From NCBI GenBank assembly GCA_964457415.1, contig CAYWFB010000001.1, positions 215 to 64,214 of the forward strand: DNA of 64,000 bases, written 5' to 3'. Positions 20,276-28,991 of this stretch are shown piece after piece. Under the pieces are notes generated by a model that saw only the letters and a list, made by a program, of their open reading frames with translations, was not told where the DNA came from and did not search any database. Source of the stretch: an uncultured Eubacteriales bacterium (lineage in GTDB: Bacteria > Bacillota > Clostridia > Oscillospirales > Acutalibacteraceae). Position numbers and translations under genes: made by a program. Each line of letters starts with the position of its first letter. The first letter of the stretch is position 1.

Positions 20276-21733
20276 ATGAAGTTAGTTTACAACATTCAGA
20301 AGGCGGGAATGAGCATTGTCGTTGACAGATTGCTCAAATACATTGATAAGGACCCGCAGGCTAACATTGTTAAGCTTGCAGACAAAATCGAGCCTATTTT
20401 CAGCAAAATATTCCCACCCGAAAACTTCAAAAGAATAAAAGAAATTGCCAACGATAAAGACAATGTGTGGACTCAGTTTGCGCTTGGTATTATTAACGAT
20501 GTTGACCACAGCGTAATCAAGCAGATGCTCATCTCTTTTGGTATTGACGCGGGCTATTACGGCACAAAGACAGTGCGTGCAAACCGTGAAAAATACAAGT
20601 GCAATATTCCCTTTAACATTTTGTTTGACCCCACAAGCGCCTGCAATCTTAATTGCAAGGGCTGTTGGGCTGCAGAATACGGTCACAAGCAGAATTTAAG
20701 CCTCGAAGAAATGCAGAGTATTGTTACCCAAGGCAAAGAGCTTGGTTGCCATTTTTATTGGCTTACGGGCGGTGAACCTCTTATCAAGAAAAAAGAGGTT
20801 TTGGAAATCTGCCGTAACAATAAAGACTGCATTTTCTTAATCTTCACAAACGCAACTCTTGTTGACCAAGCATTTTGTGACGCTATGAACGAGTGCGGAA
20901 ACATCACACTTGCTTTGAGCATTGAGGGCAGTGAGGAGTCTAACGACTGGCGTCGCGGTGAGGGTGCATATGCCACCACCATCAAGGCTATGGATTTACT
21001 TCGTAAGAACAAGTGTATTTTTGGCGTTTCAGTTTGCTACACAAGTAAAAATCTGCCCGTTGTCACAAGTGACGAGTTTGTTGATATGATTATCGGCAAG
21101 GGTGCAAAATTTATGCTCAACTTCAACTATATGCCCGTGGGTCATGGTGCTGATGTGAGCCTTATTCCCACACCCGAGCAGAGAAAAGAACTTTATATGT
21201 GGAATAAGAAAATGCGCAACGGCAAAACCGGCAAGCCCATTTTCATTATGGATTTCCAGAATGACGGTGAATATGTTGGCGGTTGCATCGCAGGCGGAAG
21301 AAACTATTTCCACATCAACTCCGCAGGTGATATTGAGCCTTGTGTATTTATTCACTATTCAGACTCAAATATCAGAACCCACACATTGCTTGAGGCGCTT
21401 AAAAATCCGTTGTTTATGGCTTATTATCATAATCAGCCTTTTAATGACAATCATCTTCGCCCCTGCCCCATGCTTGAAAATCCCGAAAGACTTCGTGAGA
21501 TGATTAAAGAAACGGGCGCAAAGAGTTCTGACCTTGAGCGTCAGGAAAGTGCTGACGAGCTTTGCAGTAAATGTGACGACTATGCTGCTGCGTGGAAACC
21601 CGTTGCGGAAGAATTGTGGACAACAATTCCACACAAGGAGACTCACACACAGTATTATCGCGACACCCCCGAGGGAAAAGCAGAATTCAACGGTTGCACA
21701 GGAAATTGCGCAAATTGTAACGGACATAAATAA
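20276..21733 (+). CDS. radical SAM protein with Cys-rich C-terminus
   Basis: PTSACNLNCKGCWAAEYG (CX3CX2C). C-terminal CTGNCANCNGH. Confidence 0.8.
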   Translation: MKLVYNIQKAGMSIVVDRLLKYIDKDPQANIVKLADKIEPIFSKIFPPENFKRIKEIANDKDNVWTQFALGIINDVDHSVIKQMLISFGIDAGYYGTKTVRANREKYKCNIPFNILFDPTSACNLNCKGCWAAEYGHKQNLSLEEMQSIVTQGKELGCHFYWLTGGEPLIKKKEVLEICRNNKDCIFLIFTNATLVDQAFCDAMNECGNITLALSIEGSEESNDWRRGEGAYATTIKAMDLLRKNKCIFGVSVCYTSKNLPVVTSDEFVDMIIGKGAKFMLNFNYMPVGHGADVSLIPTPEQRKELYMWNKKMRNGKTGKPIFIMDFQNDGEYVGGCIAGGRNYFHINSAGDIEPCVFIHYSDSNIRTHTLLEALKNPLFMAYYHNQPFNDNHLRPCPMLENPERLREMIKETGAKSSDLERQESADELCSKCDDYAAAWKPVAEELWTTIPHKETHTQYYRDTPEGKAEFNGCTGNCANCNGHK

Positions 21734-21737
21734 AATT

Positions 21738-21778
21738 AATCCCCATAATCCGTTTTGGATTGTGGGGATTTTCATTTT
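21738..21778 (+). terminator. rho-independent terminator
   Basis: Stem aatccccataatcc / ggattgtggggatt followed by ttcatttt. Confidence 0.75.
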
Positions 21779-21788
21779 GCGCTTTGCA

Positions 21789-22601
21789 TTATGCATTTTG
21801 CATTTTTTTGCGGTACTGGGTGGGTGACATTCCCACATAGTTTTTAAAGCAGACCGAGAAGTACCGTTGGTCGCAGTAAGAAAGTCGTTCTGCGATTTCG
21901 CCGATTGACAAGGTGGTATCTTCAAGATAGTTCTTGGCAGCGGCAAATTTTTTCTCCATATAATACTGATACGGAGTTACATCATAGACTTTTTCAAAAA
22001 CCTGAATAATATAGTTTTTGGAATATCCCAATTCTTCGCATACGGTATCAAGAGAAAATTCCTTTTCAATGTAAAAATCAATCTTTTTGCGGATTTTTTC
22101 AGACAAGTCGTCGCGACGGCGCTCTTCACGGTGGCTAATATAAACGAAAAATCGCATAAGCTCAACAGAGATTTCGTCAACCATTCTTATGTAATCGTCG
22201 GCATAGGTGTCGGCGATTTTTATTATATTCTGCACTATATTTTTACAATGACAATCGGGGAAAAAATAAGTATTTGGGGGCAGATAATTTTTAACAAGCA
22301 TATCTGCAAGCGGACCCTCAAAAATCACCCAATATTTATGCCACGGGTTTTCCTTTGAGCTGTAATAATGATGATTTGAGCCTTTTTTGAGAAAGAAAAC
22401 ATCGTTCTTTTGCGGATGATAGGTCTGACCGTCTATTTCAAGAGTGCCCCAACCGTCCGAAATAAACTCAAGGGACATAAGCTCTGATTTTGTGCGGAAA
22501 ACATCAATTCTGTCTTCATATTCAGTTTCACCCATAAGCTTGATATTCAGAGGTAAAGACTTGTCATAATATGGTGCGAAGTTTAAAATTTTCTCTTTCA
22601 T
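21789..22601 (-). CDS. AraC-family transcriptional regulator (cupin N-terminal, HTH_18 C-terminal)
   Basis: The C-terminus (LSIGEIAERLSYCDQRYFSVCFKNYVGMSPTQYR) is typical AraC. Start set to M63 of the track ORF (MKEKILNF). Confidence 0.8.
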   Translation of the reverse strand: MKEKILNFAPYYDKSLPLNIKLMGETEYEDRIDVFRTKSELMSLEFISDGWGTLEIDGQTYHPQKNDVFFLKKGSNHHYYSSKENPWHKYWVIFEGPLADMLVKNYLPPNTYFFPDCHCKNIVQNIIKIADTYADDYIRMVDEISVELMRFFVYISHREERRRDDLSEKIRKKIDFYIEKEFSLDTVCEELGYSKNYIIQVFEKVYDVTPYQYYMEKKFAAAKNYLEDTTLSIGEIAERLSYCDQRYFSVCFKNYVGMSPTQYRKKMQNA

Positions 22602-22746
22602 TGTTATAATCCTTACATTCATATTGTGATTTTCGGGATTTATGCGAATATTCATTGTGATAATTATAACATATGATGCGACATTAAACAAGCATAAAAA
22701 AATACCGCGGGTCAAACGACACGCAGTATTGAAAAAACAATTTTGA

Positions 22747-23478
22747 TTATGCAACTCGGTTAGTTCCCTGCAGATAACTGTAATCATAATATCTGATAAC
22801 CGTAAAATTACGCAAAAATTTAAAACGATGCTTCATAATCTTTTGTGAAATTGCGGTGTCACAAAATGATACCACGGGACCCATAAAGAATGCAGTTACA
22901 ACTGTGCCCGCACCAACAGGGCCACCCATAATGAGTGCTGAAATTGTACAAATTAAATCTGTTGCAACCCTGCACCATTTGTATTTAATCTTTGTTTTCT
23001 CTTCCATAACAAAGCCGAGAGCATCATAAGGTGAAACACCTAAATTGCAGTTAAAATAGAGTGATGCTGAAAGGCTTAAGAGGAATACTCCCAACGCCAT
23101 ACAGATAATTCTGACTGCAAGTGATTTTTCTTCGGGAAGAATTACTTCATAAATTCCTGTAAAGAATTCGCAAATATATCCCACGCCAATCATATTAAAG
23201 ATTGTGCCCACACTTATAAGCTTTTGAGCGACAAAGCCCACAATGATAAGGATTGCACCGTTAAGGCACATTTGCCAGAAGCCGAAGCTTATACCCATTT
23301 TTTCGGCAATGCTCATATTAAGTGCGGTGTAGGGGTCAACACCCATACCCGAATATGAGAAAACAGAAACGGAAAAGCCCATAAGAAGAATGCTTACGGT
23401 CATAAGACCCATTCTTTTAACACCGTGTTTCTGTGACATAAGTAAAATTGGATTCATTTGTTTGATAATTTGTGTCAT
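22747..23478 (-). CDS. polytopic membrane protein (YczE/DUF6198-like two-repeat architecture)
   Basis: Two repeats, each with a G..PYD/PYT motif (GMGVDPYTAL, GVSPYDAL). The start is uncertain (M13 chosen). Confidence 0.5.
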   Translation of the reverse strand: MTQIIKQMNPILLMSQKHGVKRMGLMTVSILLMGFSVSVFSYSGMGVDPYTALNMSIAEKMGISFGFWQMCLNGAILIIVGFVAQKLISVGTIFNMIGVGYICEFFTGIYEVILPEEKSLAVRIICMALGVFLLSLSASLYFNCNLGVSPYDALGFVMEEKTKIKYKWCRVATDLICTISALIMGGPVGAGTVVTAFFMGPVVSFCDTAISQKIMKHRFKFLRNFTVIRYYDYSYLQGTNRVA

Positions 23479-23660
23479 TTTAATGTTTTCGCCTTTGCTT
23501 TGTGAAATTTGCACATAGAATTGTACTTTGATTTGTGAGTATTTTACAAGGAACGGCGCACAAAGTCAAGCAAAAAGGCAAATTTTTTGGAGTTTCTGCG
23601 TTTGGCACAAATTTACAAATGGTCACAATCGTTTTTGTGCAAATCGACGAAAGAGTGGGC

Positions 23661-23689
23661 AAAAAAGATGGTGGGAGCAAGCTCCCACC
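23661..23689 (-). terminator. terminator after the RAYT gene
   Basis: ggtgggagc aa gctcccacc followed on the minus strand by atcttttttg. Confidence 0.7.
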
Positions 23690-23694
23690 AAGTT

Positions 23695-24165
23695 TTATTT
23701 GTATTCCTTTAATGCATTGTATTCAATGTAGTTCCAATGATGTTCAAAATCAGTCTGATTGCGAATTATGTGGTCGATGTAACCGCGTTGCCAAAGATTA
23801 CGTTTGCAATCACGATTCACAAACCTTTTAAAAGCACTTACTACATTAGGAATTGTAGGGGCTGACGACCTCGGCAGCCCGTATGTATCAATTAAAATTA
23901 ACAAGTGAATATGGTTCTGCATTATAATGTAATTTTCAATGCTTATTGCATTATAAGCCTGTTCCATTGATAAAATATATTTTTCTACGATTTCACCATA
24001 AGGTTTGAGTATAATTTCTTTCGGAGCGCCGAGGTCGTCGCCCCCTACAACCGAGGACAACAGGTTTTTACGGTGTTCCGTACATATGGTGAGAAAATAA
24101 CATCCCTCACTACTATAATCATACCCCTTTAACCTTACGCTTTTTCTTTTCGGTAATCCGCTCAT
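23695..24165 (-). CDS. REP-associated tyrosine transposase (RAYT; IS200/IS605-like Y1 HUH transposase)
   Basis: RLKGYDYSSEGCYFLTICT, HUH as NHIHLLI, WQRGYIDHIIR, and YIEYNALK with the candidate catalytic Tyr. Starts 5 nt after the stop of the upstream co-oriented gene. Confidence 0.8.
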   Translation of the reverse strand: MSGLPKRKSVRLKGYDYSSEGCYFLTICTEHRKNLLSSVVGGDDLGAPKEIILKPYGEIVEKYILSMEQAYNAISIENYIIMQNHIHLLILIDTYGLPRSSAPTIPNVVSAFKRFVNRDCKRNLWQRGYIDHIIRNQTDFEHHWNYIEYNALKEYK

Positions 24166-24170
24166 ATTGT

Positions 24171-25412
24171 TTATGACAATTTGTGGATGAACAATCCTGA
24201 TAATAATTTTGGTTCAAACCATGTGGATTTTGGTGGCATAACCTTGCCGGCGTCAGCAATGTCCATCAACTCGCCCAATGATGTGGGGTACATTGCAAAA
24301 GCAAGGCGCATTCCCTCTGCTACTCTTCTTTCCAATTCACCGAGACCGCGGATACCGCCTACAAAGTCAATTCTCTTATCGGTTCTTGGGTCTGTGATAT
24401 TGAGAATGGGAGTAATAAGGTTATTCTGAAGAATTGAAACATCGAGGCACTCAACGGGGTCATTTTCGTTGATAAATTCTGCCTTTGCAGTTACCTTGTA
24501 CCACTTATTATCAAGATACATACCAAATGTATGACGTTCTTTTGGTGCATAGGGGCTTTCTGTTGCCTCTTCTACCACAAATTTCTCGCTCATTTTTGCG
24601 ATGAACTCTTCACTCGTATTGCCGTTTAAATCTGCGATTACACGGTTGTAGTCCATAATTTTAAGCTGGTCGCAGGGGAAAATTACTGAAAGGAAAAAAT
24701 TGAATTCTGCCTGTCTGTCATATTCGCCCTCGCCTCTTCTCTTTTGACCTACGCGGACCGCCGATGCACATCTGTGATGACCGTCGGCAATGTAAAGATA
24801 TGGGATTTCTGCAAATTCCTTAACGAGAGTTTCTATAACTGTGTCGTCATCAATTACCCATACAGTCTGTGAAACACCGTCGTCGCTTACGAAATCATAA
24901 GCGGGTGCATGAGCATTTTTCCAATTCTCTGTGATGTCAGAAACCGTTTTATTCTCACGGTGTGTGAGGAAGATGGGGCCTGTGTTTGCGTCAAGTGTAT
25001 CAACGTGACGAATTCGGTCTGCCTCTTTATCGGCACGGGTAAACTCGTGCTTTTTGATGATGTCGTTAAGATAATCGTCCACGGCGGTACAGCCTACAAT
25101 GCCCGTCTGCTCTCTGCCATTCATAATCTGACGGTAGATATAAAGCATTGGCTTTTCATCCTGCTGACAAATTCCGTTTTCGCTCAAAGCATCAAGATTT
25201 TCTTTTGCTTTAAGGTAAACCTCAGGTGAATAAATATCAATACCTTGGGGCAAATCAACCTCTGCCTTGTCAACGCGCAGAAATGACCAAGGCTTATCCT
25301 TTACCATTTCACGTGCTTCCTCTGAATTCATAACGTCATAGGGAAGTGCACCTACCTGCTCGGCATATTCGTCTTTTGGTCGTACTGCCTTAAAGGGTTT
25401 GAGTATTGCCAT
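24171..25412 (-). CDS. DUF1015 family protein
   Basis: MAILKPFKAVRP...ALPYDVMNSEEA and ADGHHR are characteristic of DUF1015. Confidence 0.8.
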   Translation of the reverse strand: MAILKPFKAVRPKDEYAEQVGALPYDVMNSEEAREMVKDKPWSFLRVDKAEVDLPQGIDIYSPEVYLKAKENLDALSENGICQQDEKPMLYIYRQIMNGREQTGIVGCTAVDDYLNDIIKKHEFTRADKEADRIRHVDTLDANTGPIFLTHRENKTVSDITENWKNAHAPAYDFVSDDGVSQTVWVIDDDTVIETLVKEFAEIPYLYIADGHHRCASAVRVGQKRRGEGEYDRQAEFNFFLSVIFPCDQLKIMDYNRVIADLNGNTSEEFIAKMSEKFVVEEATESPYAPKERHTFGMYLDNKWYKVTAKAEFINENDPVECLDVSILQNNLITPILNITDPRTDKRIDFVGGIRGLGELERRVAEGMRLAFAMYPTSLGELMDIADAGKVMPPKSTWFEPKLLSGLFIHKLS

Positions 25413-25860
25413 TTTTATTTCCTCTTTTCTTAATTGAAAGTATAATTTGAAGTATTATCAACGATGCAATTGCACCGATTAATGCGCCGGTACTGTCAAC
25501 TAAAATGTCGCTTATTTGAAATGCTCTGTCGGGAACGAAAATCTGATGAATTTCGTCAGTGATTGCATAAAGCACTGTTCCACAAAAGGCGATAAATGGT
25601 GTTAATTTGGTTTCAAATGTAGCATAGGTTGCGTTGAAAGTGAGCATGGAAAGTCCCATAAATTCAAGACAATGGGCAAGGGTGCGAAGCATGCCCTCGT
25701 CAACCGTTAACCCTAACCACTCTAAAAATGCCGTTACAAAAGAACCGCTTAAATCTGAAGACTCCTCGCCGTTCTGTGCAGAAAGACAAAAGATTATCCC
25801 CATACAGACTGCAACCAAAAACCAAGAAGCCCCTACATATATTTTTCTTGACCTTGTCAT
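25390..25860 (-). CDS. VanZ-family membrane protein
   Basis: Four TM segments. ITDEIHQIFVPDRAFQISDILVDSTGALIGA. Confidence 0.7.
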   Translation of the reverse strand: MTRSRKIYVGASWFLVAVCMGIIFCLSAQNGEESSDLSGSFVTAFLEWLGLTVDEGMLRTLAHCLEFMGLSMLTFNATYATFETKLTPFIAFCGTVLYAITDEIHQIFVPDRAFQISDILVDSTGALIGAIASLIILQIILSIKKRGNKNGNTQTL

Positions 25861-27455
25861 TATTTTTGTCCTTTATAAAAATAGATATTGGCGCGGTCGC
25901 CCACAAAGAACACACCATTCACGTCTTTTGCCATGGCGAAAACTGAATTCTCGGTGCAGATTGGCAAAAGCACCGCGTTTTTAAGCAGATAGCTTTGTGC
26001 ATAAGCCACTTTTTCGGTGGTGGGATTTGCTTTTAAATCCTTTAAAATTCTGTCATACTCGTCAGAACTGTAATTCAATATATTATAAGAACTATCCGTT
26101 GTAAACATTGAAAGATATTCGGTAGCATTGTCGCTATCAAGAGTCATTGAACAGATTGCGGTGTCGAATTCACCTGAATAAAGCTTTTTATTGAAATCTG
26201 CCTTTTCGGCAACTGTTACCGTGCCGTTAAGCTCAACACCAATATTCTTCTGCCAGCAACTGACTATTGCTTTGGCATAGGTCTCATATTCTTCGGTGCA
26301 GAGAATGTCAACGGTTAAATTGTCAATATTCAGCTCGTCAAAGGCTTTAATCATCTGTGCCCTTGCGGTGTCAATATTATATGAAAGATTTTCAACTGTT
26401 GATGGTTCAATCGCCTTACCGCTCACTTTATAATATGGGGGCACAACAGTTTTTGAGGGATTTTCGGTAACTGTTGAAATGTCAATACAGGCAATCAAGC
26501 CTGTTCGCAAGGTATTATTTTTGAGTGTTTCGTCCGCCATATTGAATACAAGTGAAACGCCTATATTTTCGAGGATTTGCTGTGTGGGTTTTCTGCCCAA
26601 TTCTTCAATTGCTTCGGACGAGGAGAAAAAGCCCAAGTCATAATCGCCCTTGCGCACGGATTTTGCAATATCAAGCTCATCGGTATTAAGATAAAATCCT
26701 ACAGACTGCGGAAGTGCCGAAAAAGTCCCATTATATTCGCTATTATTCCAAATACGGACACTTTTACCCTCGTTGACAGCGGAGAGATAAAATGTACCGT
26801 TTGAAATTATATATCTTCTTTCAAGTCCGTAACGACCTGCGGTGAGATTAAAAAATTCTTCGTCGCAAGGATAAGAAACGGGTTGAGTGAGAGCGTAGAG
26901 AAAATCATTAGTTTTTCTTTCAAGAGTAATTTCAAGGGTATGTTCATCAACTACACGGATACCTAAGTTTTCTTTACCCATTTCGCCCTTGTGCACCTTT
27001 TCAGCATTCTTGATTACGCTTAAAAGCTCATAGTCGGGGGCGTTGGTTTCAGGCAGAATTCCGCGGGTGATACCGAATGCAAAATCCTCGGCGGTAACGT
27101 CAGCAGTGATTGTTACTTCTTTATCCTCTGCAAAGCTTTGTGCCACAGAAGAAACAAAATATTTCATATTTTCATTGAGAATGAATGTGTATGTAAGTCC
27201 GTCGTCAGAAATTTTATAATCTTTAGCTGCACATTTTTGTGGGGCACCGTTTTCGTCGAGCTTAAAAAGTCCGTCAAAAATATTCACGGCGATAGCCCTT
27301 TCGGCAACCGTATCGGCAATCTGGGGGTCAAAGTGCTCGGGTAGTTCGGTAACTGCCACGGCAAAGGTCCCACCCTCTTCGTCGCCCGTGCAGGCAGAAA
27401 GGCAGGTAGTTAACAATATTAATGATATTAAAACAGATAATATTTTCTTAATCAT
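25860..27455 (-). CDS. ABC transporter substrate-binding lipoprotein (family 5, peptide/oligosaccharide type)
   Basis: Lipobox LSAC. DPQIADTVAERAIAVNIFDGLFKLDENG. No cognate permease or ATPase adjacent. Confidence 0.8.
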   Translation of the reverse strand: MIKKILSVLISLILLTTCLSACTGDEEGGTFAVAVTELPEHFDPQIADTVAERAIAVNIFDGLFKLDENGAPQKCAAKDYKISDDGLTYTFILNENMKYFVSSVAQSFAEDKEVTITADVTAEDFAFGITRGILPETNAPDYELLSVIKNAEKVHKGEMGKENLGIRVVDEHTLEITLERKTNDFLYALTQPVSYPCDEEFFNLTAGRYGLERRYIISNGTFYLSAVNEGKSVRIWNNSEYNGTFSALPQSVGFYLNTDELDIAKSVRKGDYDLGFFSSSEAIEELGRKPTQQILENIGVSLVFNMADETLKNNTLRTGLIACIDISTVTENPSKTVVPPYYKVSGKAIEPSTVENLSYNIDTARAQMIKAFDELNIDNLTVDILCTEEYETYAKAIVSCWQKNIGVELNGTVTVAEKADFNKKLYSGEFDTAICSMTLDSDNATEYLSMFTTDSSYNILNYSSDEYDRILKDLKANPTTEKVAYAQSYLLKNAVLLPICTENSVFAMAKDVNGVFFVGDRANIYFYKGQK

Positions 27456-27592
27456 TTACTTCACCAAGTTACAGTATATCAAAAAAAATTGATATACGCT
27501 ATATTTTCATAAAAATTTTTATAAAAATCTCGCTTTTATTATATCTTTTTGATATAATAAAATATATATTTCATAATTATAAGGAGTTAACT

Positions 27593-28912
27593 ATGCCACA
27601 AACAGATATTTTACTGATGATTTCAATTTTAATATCGGTTATTTCTATAATAATTTTGATTGTTGTTTTAAAGAATACAAAAAATAATAAAGCCAACGAC
27701 ATACTTGAGCAAAAGCTTGATTACATAAACAAAAATATGGGTGATGAATTCCACCGTATCCGTGTTGAAAATCAGAACTCAAACAAGGAAATCCGCGAGG
27801 ATGTTAAAAAGAGCCTTGATGAGATGAGTATTCGTATTGACAATATGAACAAGGGCAATTTTGAGCACCGTGAAAAGATGAGCGAAATGCTTGTTTCTAT
27901 GCGCGAGAAAAATGCCGAGCAAAGCGAAAAGCAAAACAAGGTGCTTGAAAGCTCAATTGAGAAAATGCAGAAATCCAATGAAGAAAAGCTTGAGCAGATG
28001 AGAGTTACCGTTGACGAAAAGCTCACTTCAACACTTACCACAAGACTTGATTCATCTTTCAAAACTGTTTCAGAACAGCTTGAAAACTTGTACAAATCTC
28101 TTGGTGAAATGCAGACACTTTCAACGGGAGTTACCGAAAATGTTACTGCGCTTAACCGCGTGCTCACAAACGTTAAGGCTCGTGGCACATGGGCAGAGGT
28201 GCAGTTAGAGGGAATTCTCAATCAGACAATCCCCAATATGTTCGAGAAGAATGTGGCTACTGTGCCCAACTCTAATGACAGAGTTGAATTTGCAATTCGT
28301 ATCCCCTCTTCTGAAAAAGACGGCAAGGATATTCTTCTTCCCGTTGACTCAAAATTTCCTATGGAAGATTATGTTCGCCTTTGCGACGCCGCTGACCGTG
28401 CAGATGCCGATGCGGTAAAACAAGCCCGAAAAGAGCTTGAAAACAGAGTTCTCAGCGAGGCAAAATCAATTGCAAAATACATTAATGTGCCTGACACAAC
28501 ACCTTTTGCGATTATGTACCTTGCAACCGAGGGACTTTATGCTGAAATCGCATCATCAAGAACGGGACTTCCCGAAAAGCTGCAGAACGACTATAACATT
28601 ATGATTGCAGGTCCTACAACGGTTACTGCACTTCTCAATTCGCTTTCAATGGGCTTTAAAACTGTTGCAATCAATGAAAAAGCAAATGAAGTACGTCAGC
28701 TTTTGGGTGCCGCCAAGGTACAGTATGAAAAATTCGGTGATTTGCTCGCAAAAGCAAAGAAAAAGGTTGATGAAGCAGGTAAAACTCTTGAAGACGCAGA
28801 GCGTAAAAACCTGTTTATCCGCAGAAAACTCAAGAATATTGAAGAAATTGACGCACCAACTGCTGATAAGCTTTTATTTGATGGTCTTACAGAAGACACA
28901 GACGAAGAATAA
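27593..28912 (+). CDS. rmuC: DNA recombination protein RmuC
   Basis: N-terminal TM segment, long coiled coil, then an RmuC nuclease-like C-terminal domain (RGTWAEVQLE...FAIMYLATEGLYAE). Confidence 0.88.
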   Translation: MPQTDILLMISILISVISIIILIVVLKNTKNNKANDILEQKLDYINKNMGDEFHRIRVENQNSNKEIREDVKKSLDEMSIRIDNMNKGNFEHREKMSEMLVSMREKNAEQSEKQNKVLESSIEKMQKSNEEKLEQMRVTVDEKLTSTLTTRLDSSFKTVSEQLENLYKSLGEMQTLSTGVTENVTALNRVLTNVKARGTWAEVQLEGILNQTIPNMFEKNVATVPNSNDRVEFAIRIPSSEKDGKDILLPVDSKFPMEDYVRLCDAADRADADAVKQARKELENRVLSEAKSIAKYINVPDTTPFAIMYLATEGLYAEIASSRTGLPEKLQNDYNIMIAGPTTVTALLNSLSMGFKTVAINEKANEVRQLLGAAKVQYEKFGDLLAKAKKKVDEAGKTLEDAERKNLFIRRKLKNIEEIDAPTADKLLFDGLTEDTDEE

Positions 28913-28991
28913 ACACTTGCAAGAATTACCAATTTATTGTATTATGTAATTTAGTACTAAATCTATACACTTTATGAGGAGGATATAAACT

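Noticed and set aside
21365-21946. Long antisense or overlapping track ORFs. Examples: 21365-21946, 27772-28221, 50550-51020, 5448-5858, 33086-33622, 11513-11944.
   Set aside because: Each lies opposite or out of frame within a gene with clear family motifs. Their sequences are low-complexity or Cys/Ser/Leu-rich shadows, and no RBS or motif is present.
25860-27455. Orphan family-5 substrate-binding protein as an anomaly
   Set aside because: Orphan SBPs that serve distant permeases are common. Nothing in the sequence itself is unusual.
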